This document shows, in pieces, positions 13,541 to 29,374 of a DNA stretch of 64,000 bases (positions are counted from its first letter, which is position 1; every line of letters begins with the position of its first letter). The stretch lies in contig OX597814.1 in the NCBI GenBank assembly GCA_951406725.2, forward strand, positions 213,528,001-213,592,000. The letters run 5' to 3'. The translations under genes were made by a program, and so were the position numbers. This DNA is from Octopus vulgaris. Its lineage: Eukaryota. The notes beneath the pieces are model-generated. The model was given only the letters and a program-made list of their open reading frames with translations. It did not search any database and was not told the DNA's origin.

Positions 13541-13722
13541 ACATCGGAAAATACCTTAGGAATGAGAAACCAGGTTCGAAGTTTCCTCCAAAACACCTGA
13601 TGAAGGCTGAAGGGTGTATCAGCCGAAACGTTATGTTAACAACAAACAAGATGAGGACAAACATCCGTCAAATGTAAATAATGTAAATAATGTACATAAT
13701 TCCTCATCTCTTAAATATAGAA
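13541..13722 (+). mobile_element. Hammerhead-bearing tail module (PLE pseudo-LTR-like)
   Basis: Homologous to 48496-48640 (+) and 54516-54579 (-); always follows (AAT)n. Confidence 0.8.
13591..13637 (+). ncRNA. Minimal type I hammerhead ribozyme motif
   Basis: AACAC-CTGATGA-a-GGCTG(loop)CAGCC-GAAA-CG-TT-ATGTT; one extra A before stem II and one stem I mismatch. Confidence 0.65.
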
Positions 13723-14959
13723 AATTGAATAATTCCTTGTAAACACTTCTGATTTGTTTTTGTTTTTCCTTTTAGATATCAGAACTATGACAAGTAAATT
13801 TCGAAAGCAACTGAGCTCTTACGATAAATAATGTTCAAATAATTGAATGTTTCAAATCATGAGGAAGAAGTGACGTTTAAATTAGCTGATATAATAAAAG
13901 AATTTATGTTGAGAATTAGATGGAAACATAGAATGGGAAATGGTTTGTGCAAGACGCTGTGAACTCCGTGGGTGGTGTTGCGAGTTGTGTGCAAGTTGGA
14001 CGATGTTATACGAAATAAATTGTGTGGTATAGTAATATAAGGAGAAGTCGAAATACCAAAAACTAAGCGTGTAGTGTAACTAATAAAAAGAAAGCTATAG
14101 AAAGAGGCAAAATTACGTGCAGACAGAATGACGTACAGACAAAAGCCAAATCTCATACAGAAACGCGACGACGAGTGTGGGAAGGAATGCACAGCCAGAT
14201 GTAATAAGAACAAAGAGCAAATAACATTTTCAAGGAAAACAATAAGTTTAAGGAACTAATACACTACGAAGAACTGACATTGTCAGGAGCGGCTAGAATT
14301 GTACAACGTGAATTGTTGAGCGGAAAGACTGTTGAAGAGTATATTAAACTAAAACTTCAGGTAAATGCACAATCATCTGTAGTTATTCTGTAGACTTCCA
14401 TCTTGACATGAACAGCGAACCAATAAATTACATTTTTTGTTACTTAACGAGATTACTTGGAGTCACCAGATTTTGTTTAAAACCATCACTTAATAACATT
14501 TCAGATTAGAGTTAGCCATATGTTAGCCAACTGTCTCTATGATAATCGAAAGTTTAGTAATAAAATGTTTGCACAATATTGATATATCTGTGAGGATTAG
14601 GAAATGTAAAATTGATAAAACCGGGAGTGTTAAGAGCTTCGCCTAAACTGCCCACTTTCAGAAACTTAATGCATAAGCACTGTAGGTATTAGCAGGTCTC
14701 CACTTCTTTCTGGAAATACAAGTCCATGTACATGTATACATACATACACACATACACACACACATATATATATATATACATATCTATGAATATATAAGCA
14801 AATTTAGAAGCGCCGAGGTGAAAATAAAGTAAATATTGAAAGCGGATTAGCTGTGAAAACAGTATCGAAGATTGGGTAAATACCCTTTAGAAGATGGAAG
14901 AAAATGACCGGTATCTGAGAGGTACAGGGTTCAACTCTCCGTAACCACCAGCTGATCAC

Positions 14960-15198
14960 TTTTTTTTCCTTTTCTAAAGGGTCAGTCGCCCACGCATACC
15001 AGCCTCCCTTCTCCATGCCACTGACGGTATCCAAGACAAAGACCCATACAGCTTGCCACCAGTGACGTCACAACTCATTTCTATAGCTAAGTAAACTGGG
15101 GCAAGGTGAAATAAAGTGCCTTGCCCAAGAACACAACATTGTCTGGGAATCAAATTCATGATTGTGAGCCCGACGCTGTAATCACAGAGCTAAACGCA
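14960..15198 (-). mobile_element. SINE family D, diverged
   Basis: Homology to 2136-2388 and 56030-56371. Confidence 0.7.
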
Positions 15199-15361
15199 GA
15201 TATAGAAGTAAATGTAAGGATAAGCAAGTTAGGCAGGTATATACAAAGTATATTAAATACATGAAATACTAAAATTGTAGTTATGTTTGTATACAAAATG
15301 GTCCGACTTACAGAATAGAAATATCAAGAATCAAAAGGCTTTACGAAAAGTATTACAATTT

Positions 15362-15452
15362 TAAGAACTGTTTCTAGGGGCTCGGTGATCCAAAATAATG
15401 TTTGCAGATTGATTCCATCGTCGGATGAAACGAGCCTCTATCTTCAGGTAAG
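15362..15452 (-). ncRNA. Hammerhead-like motif with extended stem II
   Basis: Minus strand CTGAAGA-TAGAGGCTCG...CGAGCCCCTA-GAAA-CAGTT; stem II 9 of 10 paired; stem I degenerate. Confidence 0.5.
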
Positions 15453-15751
15453 AGATCTTACATTTGAGGGGTTGACAGAAAGAAGTTCATATATATATAT
15501 ATATATATTTAATGAAATGGATAAATGAATTATCTTGTTACGGATTATTCAAATTATAACCGATACCTGGGTAGCAAAAATCACAACAGAAAAATCACGG
15601 TTGAGGTTACGACCATGGGGTATCGCAACCGTGCCTTAGTGCGGATAATTGAAGTTTTATATATTTAGTGAGGGAAGAAATGGAGCTGAACGAAGAATTT
15701 ACAAAATTCCTTTTTATTATTTTCTACACATGTTTCAAAGGCTTCCCTCAC

Positions 15752-15950
<199 letters not shown>

Positions 15951-16427
15951 CTCTGCTACACGTGTTTCTTGAGGTTCTGTTACGGTTCCTTAAGCACGCA
16001 GTGTTTTACAGGAACATTTCTTAAAACGCAACCCCAATCGTCAGGTCTCTAAATGACTTTATTATAATTCAATACCAAATTCTATATTTTAATTGTTGAA
16101 CAGATAAATATGCGTATGTGCAAATAACTTCGCCGAACCTTACTGCGCAAGCCATAATTTAATTCAAATAAAAAATTTTATTGATTAATAGTAAAAATTA
16201 AAAAAATTACAAAACTAAATTCTAACGTGACTTATGCCTATAAACATTCATATAAAACTAATAATATGTAGGGATGAAAATTAAAATATATACTTGTCAT
16301 GATATAATAATAAAAGCAATGACAAATAGATATATTCGAATAAAAACTATAGTTAAAAGTGGACGTACATAAATGCGAATGAATGACAAAATGCAAAAAG
16401 AAATAATTTACAAATGATAAAAATTAA

Positions 16428-16855
16428 TAGGAGTGGCTGTGTGGTAAGTAGCTTGCTTACCAACGACTTGGTTCCGGGTTCATTCCCACTGGGTGGCACC
16501 TTGGGCAAGTGTCTCCAAAATATAGCCTCGAGCCGACCAAAGCCTTGTGAGTGGATTTGGTAGACGAAAACTGGAAGAAGCCCGTCGTATATATGTATAT
16601 ATATATATATATATATGTGTATGTGTGTATATGTTTGTATGTCTGTGTTTGTCCCCCCCCCCCCCACCATTGCTTGACAACCGACGGTGGTGTGTTTACG
16701 TCCCCGTAACTTAGCGGTTCAGCAAAAGAGACTGATAGAATAAGTACTAGGCTTACAAAGAGTCAGTCCCGGGATCGATTTACTCGACTAAAAGGCGGTG
16801 CTGCAGCATGGCCGAAGTCAAATGACTGAAACAAGTAAAAGAGTAAAAGAGTAAA
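16428..16855 (+). mobile_element. Full-length tRNA-derived SINE, family B (internal TA/TG microsatellite, (GTAAAAGA)n tail)
   Basis: A box tggctgtgtgg, B-box-like ccgggttca..ccc; homologous to 41347-41765. Confidence 0.9.
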
Positions 16856-16859
16856 GTAA

Positions 16860-17640
16860 AACTTAGAACGTAATAACGTAAAGATAACGTTAAAAATATC
16901 GTAAAATATATGAATGTACAAACTACCGTTGACTACCATAGTCATACTACGGGCTATGTTCAGCTTAACGCCGCAAGACATCTCGTCAGTTATTAAGACA
17001 AACAAAAATCCTATGAAAATAACCGTTAAACAAAGGGAAATTACTATGAAGATGACCGTTATTAAGACAAACAAAAGAGCTATTAGAATGACCGTTAAAT
17101 AAAGGGAAAAAATCTGTGATCTTGTGGGGACCAAAGACGTAACAAATATTTAGCTATATATGGACATGGTCCCAAAAGTTCAGTTCTTAGATTTAGACAT
17201 GTAGCGGGGTCTAAGCTGCTTTTCCAGATGATCCATCTTTCCATATAATAAAGACCGCACTTTCCACTGCCGTTGGTGTAGGGCTTACACTTGGCTAAGA
17301 TCTTCCAATAGATGTTGTAATCGACACCTTTATCTTTTAAGGACCATATATGATTGGATAATTTGGTCGTTTTTCTTTTATCCCAGTGCCTGAAGATGAA
17401 GGTGTGATTATTGAACCTGGCCTTGAAATTACCTTCTGTAAGGCCCACGTGTTTCTTCGTCGAAACTGTGTCCTTAGTGGATATAGAGTCCACGGTGGCT
17501 TCATAAATGTTGGCCTTGGACATGCAAGCTCCATTTAGTAATGAGTGTATGTGCCATATTTGAGCTGGTTTTGCCCCTTCATCAGCACCCATGTAACTCA
17601 TTCTTGCCTCCGAACACACTGCTTACATAGTCACTGCATA
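16860..17640 (-). mobile_element. Penelope-like element 3' part: GIY-YIG endonuclease (ORF 17095-17619) and terminal repeat; possibly Naiad lineage
   Basis: NIYEATV...KHVGLTEGNFKARFNNH...TTKLSNHIWSLK...LNLRTE motifs; inverted near-identical copy at 20760-21291. Confidence 0.85.
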
Positions 17641-17813
17641 GATCTTTCAGTGTACGTTGTAATTGACACCTGTTTCTTATAAGGACCATATATAACTGGA
17701 TAATTCAGTTGTTTTTCTTTTTTCCGTGACTTTGAAGCTCAATGTGAGATTGTTGAACCTGGCTCTAAACTTTACCTGTGTAAGAACCACATATTTCTTT
17801 GACGAAACTATGT
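17641..17813 (-). mobile_element. Older diverged partial copy of the same GIY-YIG coding region
   Basis: Minus strand reads DIVSSKKYVVLTQVKFRARFNN; aligns to 17300-17475. Confidence 0.7.
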
Positions 17814-18008
17814 CTTGTGCATGTGCCTATATAGACGTGTATATGAACATAAATGTGCAAGCATGGGTATATATGCCATTATTATATTACAGATAAATTC
17901 CTCTATTTACATAATATCGAGGTCTCATTCATTCTTTTGCTGTCATACTATACTATTACGATTAATATATATATATATTTATATAGATGTATATGTATAT
18001 ACATATGC

Positions 18009-18066
<58 letters not shown>

Positions 18067-18894
18067 AGGGTATTCTCGGGAACAGTAGGTCAGGTCGAAG
18101 AAATGAAAATGCAAACCTCGATAACTGGATACACTCGATAACTAGATTACACAAACAAACATACTGAGAGAAATTTAGGAGGCGTAAGATGGAATGGGTC
18201 GGCATTTCTGATAGGAGAAAGATTAAGTAAAAATATTCTGGTGGTCCAGCAAATACGAGTGGTGTTCATAAAATCTTCTATGTCCGTGTTTTTTTTTTGT
18301 TTTTTGTGGGTGGGGCTATATCTCTGCATTGCGTAAAAAAACCATTCTAAGCCGCTGAAACTTTCTCCGGATTCTACTAAATTACATTAATTCGTTTTGA
18401 GCATCACTATTACTAGTTGACCAAGTCGAGTCATTAATTGTCCTAACTAATAATCAAGACCCCCAAAGCATACAGAGACAGCAGAGCATTATTGAATGTT
18501 GTGTTATAAGTGATTCTCTCTGCTTAATTGGATTTGTTGCAGTGTAAATAATATTTTTAAACATAAATTGCTTCAGGTATGTCAATATCGTAACAGCCAG
18601 TTTAGTAGCTACAGCAACCAAGCAAATTCATACTAACTGAAAAAAATGTTACGGTGAATTGTCAGGATTTCGTTTCATTCGATATAGTATGAAGTTGCAT
18701 AATCATAATATATGTCTCCGGCATAACTAATTATTTATCTAATCCACCTGTTATTGAAACTTAATACTATAATAAATATGATATCTATAATAAATATGAT
18801 GTCAATATCTTCAATCCTGAATCATTTATTCTTATACTCTGCGGCTGATGAATATTTCCTAGATTTTCAGTGTGTGTGGAATACTTTGGAATTA

Positions 18895-19795
<901 letters not shown>

Positions 19796-19814
19796 GTATA
19801 TACACGTATATATA

Positions 19815-19965
19815 GCGGCATTTCGTTCCTCTACCTTCCGAGTTCAAATTCCGCCGAGATCAACTTTGCTTTTCGTACTTTCGAAGTTGAGCACTGGGGC
19901 CGATGTAATCGACTTAACCCCTCCCCTAAAATTGCTGGCCTTGAGACGAAATTTGAAACCAATAT
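19815..19965 (+). mobile_element. SINE family A-related, partial and diverged
   Basis: gagttcaaattccgccgag...ggggccgatgtaatcgacttaa. Confidence 0.7.
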
Positions 19966-20759
19966 GTCGTATTGTTAATCAATAAGAGTTATAGACAACG
20001 AAAAATATTTTCTAGTAACTGCCGTCTATAATTTTTATAAAGCCAAGTTTATTCATTATAATACATTTATCTATAACTTCAAATTGCAGTTAACAAAACT
20101 AGTGAATTTGCTTAAGTAGTTTTTTCGGTTTTATGCAAGTAAATACATTCTATGTATCAGAACATAACGAGGTTCACAAAAAGTAATCAATTGTCGAAAA
20201 TACTTTTGAGTAAAATGGATTTACTTGAAAAGCAGGTTGACGAAGAGAAAAAAAAACAAAAGAAAATACAAAAAAGCAAGAAGAAATAAGGTGGTTACTT
20301 AGTAGAAAGAGATTGAGAAAGTTTAGAGAGATATAAGATAAATAGGTCACACAACAAATAGTTGCGGTATTGCTAAATTTTTTGTCGTTTAGCAGTGGAA
20401 CGTTTGTTTTTATATATAAATATACACGTGTATGTACATATGTTTATAGAGTATACAAACATAGTAATGATTTCTTGGGACGTGGTATTTCGTTATGCAA
20501 CCACAATATGCTATAAAGAATGTTAAATGCTTTTTATAACTCAACACCCCGTTCTACTGCGTTTACATTATTTTGTTACGGTTATTTCTACAAATATTCT
20601 ATAGAAATTTTAGCCAGACCTGATTTTTGCTACAACGTTTTGTATCGAGACATCAGATGTAAATAAACAATGAGATCGAAGACAAAAATAGGCAATGAAT
20701 GTATATGCCACATATGTATTTAGTATGTAAATTGGTATATCTAATAACTTAACACCGCT

Positions 20760-22305
20760 GTATGCAGTGACTATGTAAGCAGTGTGTTCGGAGGCAAGAA
20801 TGGGTTACATGGGTGCTAATGAAGGGGCAAAAACAGCTCAAATATGGCACATACACTCATTACTAAACGGAGCTTGCATGTCCAAGGCCAACATTTATGA
20901 AGCCACCGTGGACTCTATATCCACTAAGGACACAGTTTCGACGAAGAAACACGTGGGCCTTACAGAAGGTAATTTCAAGGTCAGGTTCAATAAACACACC
21001 TTCATCTTCAGGCACTGGGATAAAAGAAAAACGACCAAATTATCCAATCATATATGGTCCTTAAAAGATAAAGTTGTCGGTTACAACATCTATTGGAAGA
21101 TTTCAGCCAAGTGTAAGCCCTACACCAACGGCAGTGGAAAGTGCGGTCTTTGTTATATGGAAAAGTGGCTCATCTGGAAAAGCCTCTTAGACCCCGCCAC
21201 ATGTCTAAATTCAAGAACTGAAATTTTCGGATCATGTCCATATGTGGCTAAATGTTTGTTATGTTTTTGGTCACCTTGGGATTATAGATAGGACTTACTT
21301 TTTATATTGTGTCCACGTACAAGCTTATATATTGCTCATATATTTTTTACACATTTTTCTGTATTTTACCCTCCACCCTGCATGTGTATATAGTCATGTA
21401 TATGGAATTTTTTGTGTGCGCATGTGGATGTGTGCGTGTGTACGGGTATATAGACGTATGTGTGTGCGTGCATGCGAGTATGTGCGTATATAGAAGTGTA
21501 TATGGACCTTTTTGTGCGCATGTGTGTGTGAGCGTGTGTGCGTGTATGAATAACTTACTTTTGGCGAATGTGTGGGTGCACATGTATGTTTCAAGCGAGC
21601 GTAAACGAACATATGCAAATAGGCACATATATGTGGGTGTGCGTGAGCGCATGTGCATGTATGGACATGCGCGCATGCGCGTTCGCCATGAGCATATTCA
21701 CTCCTTTACTTTTTATTCTTATTCTATATTTTTTTAACACATTTTTACACATTTTTCTGTATTTTGCCTTTAGCCCTGTTTTCTATTCTGCATGTGCGTA
21801 TATTGACGTGTGTATGAACCTTTTTTTGTGCGTGTGCGTGTGTGTGCGAGCGTGTACGCGAGTATGTATATATTTTTTGGCGAATGTGTGTGTGAGCATG
21901 TGTGTGTTTCAAGAGAGGGTGGATGAGTATATACATATAAACACATGTACGTGGTAGTGCGAGCGCGCATGTATATGTATGGACATGCGCGCTTACGCGA
22001 TTGCTATGTACATTTTTACTCCTTTACCTTTACTCCCTCCCCTTACTTAGCGGTCATTCTAATAGCTCTTTTGTCTTAATAACGGTCAATCACACAGAAA
22101 TTTCCCTTTGTTTAACGGTCATTTACATAGCATTTTTTTCGGTGGCCCGATAACTGAAGAGATGCCGGCGTGGGCTTCCGCCCCGACATCCGAAACTCGG
22201 ATGGTTTCAACATGGTTTCCGAAAAATTGTCACATATTATATTAACAGATAAATTCTATTTACATAATATCGAGGTCTCTTTCATTCTTTTGTTGTCTTA
22301 CCATT
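20760..22305 (+). mobile_element. Penelope-like element 3' part: GIY-YIG ORF 20782-21291, TG-rich spacer, terminal repeat with hammerhead-like motif
   Basis: Same endonuclease as 17095-17619 (CGLCYMEK, LNSRTE); 22040-22140 matches 17000-17105 in reverse; 22235-22300 matches 17875-17950. Confidence 0.85.
22150..22205 (+). ncRNA. Hammerhead-like motif in PLE terminal repeat
   Basis: CTGAAGA-GATGCCGG...CCGACATC-c-GAAAC; stems I and III uncertain. Confidence 0.45.
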
Positions 22306-22312
22306 TCTATCA

Positions 22313-22370
<58 letters not shown>

Positions 22371-22722
22371 AACATAAGAAATACGTCAAAAAATTATGGA
22401 GGTTGGAGAGCAAAGGAATGAGTCTATGTGTGTCTGTGTATATGTATGCATTAGTATATGTATATATATATATATTCACACATGGAAAGATATACAAACA
22501 CACAGACACAAGTTTATTGAAAGTAATGCAAATCTGGACTCTTTTATGTATTATTGAGTGGCATAGGTCGTTCAAATTGCAGATGTTGCTACAGTAACAT
22601 TTCCTATACAGTAACTCGATATGGTATGGTATCTCTTCTCGCTGTTCTTCACCACTGTAAGTGAATTATGGTTTTCAAGCAGAAGCTTAAGTTACAAATT
22701 GTGCACACACATACAAGTGTAA

Positions 22723-22830
<108 letters not shown>

Positions 22831-23077
22831 ACACGCACGTACACAGAGACACGGACAGACATACACTCGTATATACACACATATGCATATACACACATAT
22901 ATACATACTAGAGTAGGTGGAGATTCGAAAGCATGTGGCACTTCATACATTGGGAAGTATTTACATACATTATTTAATATCGGTTTGACTCAGCTACGAG
23001 CAACGTAAAGTTTCGTAAATTCAAACAACGAATCTATCGCTAGAAACGGGCAGACAGATATTACTTTACTCCCTCTA

Positions 23078-23130
23078 GACTCCTGACGAGATAGGTCCAT
23101 TCTACATGCCTACGAAACTTTCTGTAGGAT
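23078..23130 (+). ncRNA. Hammerhead-like motif upstream of the Neptune-like PLE fragment
   Basis: CTGACGA-G(A)TAGG...CCTAC-GAAA-C-tttct-G-TA; weak stem I. Confidence 0.45.
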
Positions 23131-23159
23131 GGAGCTGGATATCATAATCTACATATGGG

Positions 23160-25214
23160 CCATCCCCTACTCCCAGTTCCTCCGCCTCCGACGCTTGTGC
23201 AACCGGGACGAGGATTTTGAGACCCAGTCCCAGTGCCTTGCCCGCCTGTTCAGGCATCGAGCATACCCCTCAACCTTTGTCCAAAACTCCCTTGCCCGAG
23301 CTCGTCGAATCGCTCGCACCACCGCCCTTTCTCCTTACCCTCACCAGCCCCGTCCGCACCCCCTTTCCCCTCCTTTTCCACGCCTCCACTCTACCCCTTC
23401 GTCGGAAGATACTACGGGCCTTTCGTTGTCTCCAGCTCGATCCCACCACATGCCCCATTTTCCTCAACCCACCCTTGTCCTCCTTTAAACGCGCACGGAA
23501 CCTACGTGATCTGATCCGTAACATCTTATCCTCTTCTCCTAACTTCACATGGATCATTCCCGTGCTCTAGATACCGCTGCAACACCTGCCCCTTCATCAC
23601 CAACACTACTTCTCTCACTGGTTCTAATCAGCAAACTCTTCACATAACAAATTCCTTCTCTTGCTCTTCTAGCATCATATACTGTATTAGATGCAACCTC
23701 TGTGGTAAACTATATGTAGATCTGATAGGCTGCCGACTGGCTGACCGGTCACCGAACATCTAAGGGATGTTCGTCTATGTTCGAACACTCCCGTCGCCCG
23801 TCACTTCCGCTTAGCCAACAATTACCCCTCTAACATCTCTGTCTTTGACCTCGCTCTACACTACGGATCCATACACTCACAACTCCGCCTGGAACAGTGG
23901 TATATCTTTAATCTACGGACAACTATCCCCTACGAACTAAACACTATCCCCTCTTCCTATTGACTGCCTCTACACCTCCTACAACAAGCAACCTTATTTC
24001 ATTTTCATCTTTCATTTTTACTTGTAATTGCGCCATATATATTGCATTAACTTCCTTATCTCCTTTCAACCTTAATTTTTATATTTTATTGTTTTTATAA
24101 TTCTTTGTTTTTATTCTTTATATTTTATTGTTTTTATAAATTATTGTTTTTATTTCAATATACACGCACACATACACACACATACGTACATATCCATGAA
24201 TGCACATATAACTCTCACACACACCACACGTATACAACACACATACATGCATATATACAAACACACATACATCCACACATACACACACGCATACATACAC
24301 ACAAACATACACCCACGCACACACACATATGTGCGTACACACAAACATGCACATGCACACACAAAATACACACGCACATAATCACACATGTACACACGCA
24401 CATACACTCGCACGTTCTCAAGTGTATACACACACACGCAAATGCAAATTGACCCAAACATACCTCACATACACATACAGAATACACCCATACATACACT
24501 CACACAATTTTACATACATGTACACACATACGCACATACAAGCACATATACACAGAGTAAAGTACACTTATTCCTCACACACACAACCCCTACGCATACA
24601 CACATACACACACGAACACACACATACATGCATACACACACTGCAAACAAAACACACACACTACATATACATACACGCACACACACATACTTCAAATTAC
24701 CAGTACCTACTACTGACCATTCTCGTACGCAAATGTGTAGGTAGACACACAACAGGCAGCCACTCCTGCCAAAATTCTTACTATAAATTCTTCCTATCAC
24801 CATAAACGATACTAAGCCCAACCACACACAGATAAACAGCCACAACCACACACACATACACACAGGCCTGCACGCACGCACATACCCACACATACACACA
24901 CATACCTCCTTCTCTTGCACTCTCCTGTCTCTGAAAGAATTTTTTTTCCTCACCCATTCCCTTCAGGTCATTTCAATATGTGACAACGTGTGTATCGTTG
25001 ACGATTTTTTTTCTCTGGCTATTTTTTCCCTCTATCTGTAGCGTTTTTCTCCGTGTCCCCTTCTTTGGATCTTTCCTTTTTCTATGTTTCTGACGAAGAG
25101 CTCCGCTCGAAACGTTAAATCGTCCTTCTTTCTTTCATTTCCTGAGCGTCCAATAACGCTATACTTGTTCCATATCCTCGCGTTGTTGTGTCTTCTCTTT
25201 GTTCATGTTTGGAT

Positions 25215-25220
<6 letters not shown>
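23160..25220 (+). mobile_element. 5'-truncated Penelope-like element (Neptune-type): RT thumb, Zn linker and GIY-YIG (23160-23960, frameshifted), CA-rich spacer, terminal repeat
   Basis: IPYSQFLRLRRLC, SFKRARNLRDL, RCNTCPFI, IIYCIRCNLCGKLYV, TPVARHF motifs; hammerhead at 25086; ends in (TA)n. Confidence 0.9.
25086..25120 (+). ncRNA. Minimal type I hammerhead ribozyme motif
   Basis: GTTT-CTGACGA-a-GAGC(tcc)GCTC-GAAA-CG-TT-AAAT; palindromic AACGTT stem III region. Confidence 0.65.
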
Positions 25221-25267
<47 letters not shown>

Positions 25268-25395
25268 GAAAAAGAGGTAGAAACCGTTCGGTCTGGGATA
25301 TAGCTGAGATGGTAAATGTTTTTAATTTTTATTCCTTTCATGAATTTATCACTTTTTGTGTTTCTAGCACTACGCTTCCTTATTTGGAAGCCTTT

Positions 25396-25469
<74 letters not shown>

Positions 25470-25664
25470 ATACATATGTATACATCAACTATTAAGGTGG
25501 CTACTCGCAATTTACAACCGAAAGTCAACAAGTATAGTCGTCATTAAAGTAACGGAAGGTTAGTCAGCACTAGCATTGTTAGAAATAAGGTGCAAAACAG
25601 TTCTTAGCCACGTGAGAGCACTTTTCTAACGACTGACACAGGATAAAAAAAAATATATATATAT

Positions 25665-25880
25665 AGGTTATGAGAGGTAATGGTGTTAGTGAGACCCAAA
25701 AGTGTCAGGTAATGCTGAATAAGTGTTGTGGATAAACCATAGTTGAGTTCCTGGTCGGTGATTATACTAATAAGGGGTCCAACATAGGTCATATATCAGC
25801 GTATGTATATAATAAAAAAAAAATTCCGTAATTAGATAAAAACCAATCTTACAGCCGGTGTAGGATATGTATTATATCCC
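25665..25880. repeat. Unclassified interspersed repeat, inverted homolog of 41115-41325
   Basis: taatggtgttagtgagacccaaaagtgtcaggtaat...aaaccatagttgagttcc matches the reverse complement of 41240-41320. Confidence 0.7.
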
Positions 25881-26404
25881 TTTATCGGAGACGGTGTGAG
25901 AAGATGGTTAAGCAATAGTTAGTTTATATACGATACAAATTAGAGAATGAGGTGGAGGAATGAAAACAGATGTGAGATATGCAGGGATATTGTATTTGTA
26001 GCTCCATTATTTAGGCAGAATGGTATACATATAAAATTCCAATACCTTATGTGTAAAATCTAATAGTATTTTATATTGTCGTTCCAAGTATAGAATTTAT
26101 ACACAGTGTTATTGAATCAAGGGTTTTATTTAAAGTGACCTAAAAGTAGGGAATGTATTAAGTAAGGTCAAATCGAAAACAGGAAGAGAGAAATAAAGAA
26201 AGAGAAAAAAGAGAAAAGAATGAGAAGAAAATAAGAAGAAAATAATAAAAAAAGAAGAAAGAACAAGAAGAAAGGAATGAAGTAAGGGAACCAGTTAGTA
26301 GTCACGATGATTTGAAAGTAGGAATGGGGAGATAAAGTTGATAGAGAGAGAAATGTATTAGGGTGTGAAAAGATAGAAGGAATGAGGAATGATAGAGAGA
26401 GGTT

Positions 26405-27000
26405 GTGCTGTGATCCCTTAGACTCTATCACTGCACAACTGGATGTCTGTTTAACAAGATCTATATCTGGAACGCAATGTGGCATTGATCATCAGATCAT
26501 TGTAAGTAAAACTACTATATAGAATCAACAAAAACTCTCTGAATAAGCCTCCACCAGGAAGGCTAAAGGTGGAGAATCTTAAATCATAATTTCAAAACCC
26601 CTTTTCTAAAACCAGATCCGAAGGATTAAAGTAAATCTACTTCCATCTCGGCGAAAGGGAGCAGCTGAGCTTCTTTGATAGAGATGGTGTACACCACTGC
26701 AGCATACATAAATTGGCCATTCAAGTAGATAGCAATAAGTCCAGTTTGATAAAAAAGCAAAGAAATCCAAGACTGTCCTCAGGTGAAGAAAAAGCTAATT
26801 AAAGATGTTAGCGTGACCTCAACTTACAAAATAAAAAAGAAAAACTGTTGCATTCAGGCAAAAGTGTTTTCCATTAAGAAACAAAGAGTCATGAAAAATA
26901 ACTGACTTAGGGAAAGGGCTCGATAGACACAAATGTATGCTGACACATGGATGATATTAGAAAACTTCACGCAGTTTATAAAAATGGAGGATGCGGTGTT
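26405..27000 (+). mobile_element. Decayed RTE LINE fragment (end of AP endonuclease and linker)
   Basis: Reads DVCLTRSISGTQCGIDHQIIVSK, matching the RTE endonuclease DVxxTR...CxxDHxxv motif. Confidence 0.55.
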
Positions 27001-27416
27001 GATGCACCACCCAAAGTTCCAAAGATGCTGTGAAAGTAATCTTTGAACACTGTAAAGTTACCCTAAATTCATGAGAGGCTACTGCTCGTGTTTAATCTAC
27101 TTAAGAGTAATACAGTACCTGGGTAAGCATGGCGTTCACGTTGTTGCAAATTTGTTGATCAGGAGGCAAAGGTAAGCTCGTAGATCATACCCTAACAATC
27201 CTGGGATAAGTGGAAACAAGTGTGGAAATATTGGTAAATACTTACGACCAGAACAGTCCTTACCAGCAAAACCTATGATCATGTAATCTTCTATCCATCT
27301 TTTTGTGCTTGCTAGGTCATCGTCAAATTTGAGGAATTAGCCATTGCATACACAAACACAGATGCACACAGACACACTCACACCCACACATATACACACA
27401 TAAAGGTGCTTACATA

Positions 27417-28832
<1,416 letters not shown>

Positions 28833-28864
28833 ATATATATATATATATATATACATATATATAC

Positions 28865-28930
<66 letters not shown>

Positions 28931-28932
<2 letters not shown>

Positions 28933-29170
28933 CGAGCTGGCAGAAACGGTAGCACGCCGGGCGAAATGCGTAGCCGTATTTCATCTGCCGTTACGTTCTG
29001 AGTTCAAATTCTGAGTTCAAATTCCGCGGAGGTCGACTTTGCCTTTCATCCTTTCGGGGTCGATAAATTAAGTACCAGTTACGCACTGGGGTCGTGGAAT
29101 CGACTTAATCGCTTTGTCTGTCCTTGTTTGTCCCCTCTGTGTTTAGCCCTTTGTGGGTAGTAAAGAAATA
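28931..29170 (+). mobile_element. SINE family A, full length, with an internal 13-bp duplication
   Basis: Homology to other A copies; ttctgagttcaaa is duplicated. Confidence 0.9.
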
Positions 29171-29374
29171 TATATATATATCTATATGCAGAGAGAGAGG
29201 GAGGATATATCTAGGTGTGAATTTGTGCGAATATGGTGACCTCTTTCTAAGGCCACTAATATCGTTGTGACATAATTTGTCTTTTATATTTGTGTCCTTT
29301 CTTTCATTTAACACTTAAAATTTAGGACCTCTTCCCTGAAGACGCAGGCTCACCCCATTCTAAAATTGAGTCAA

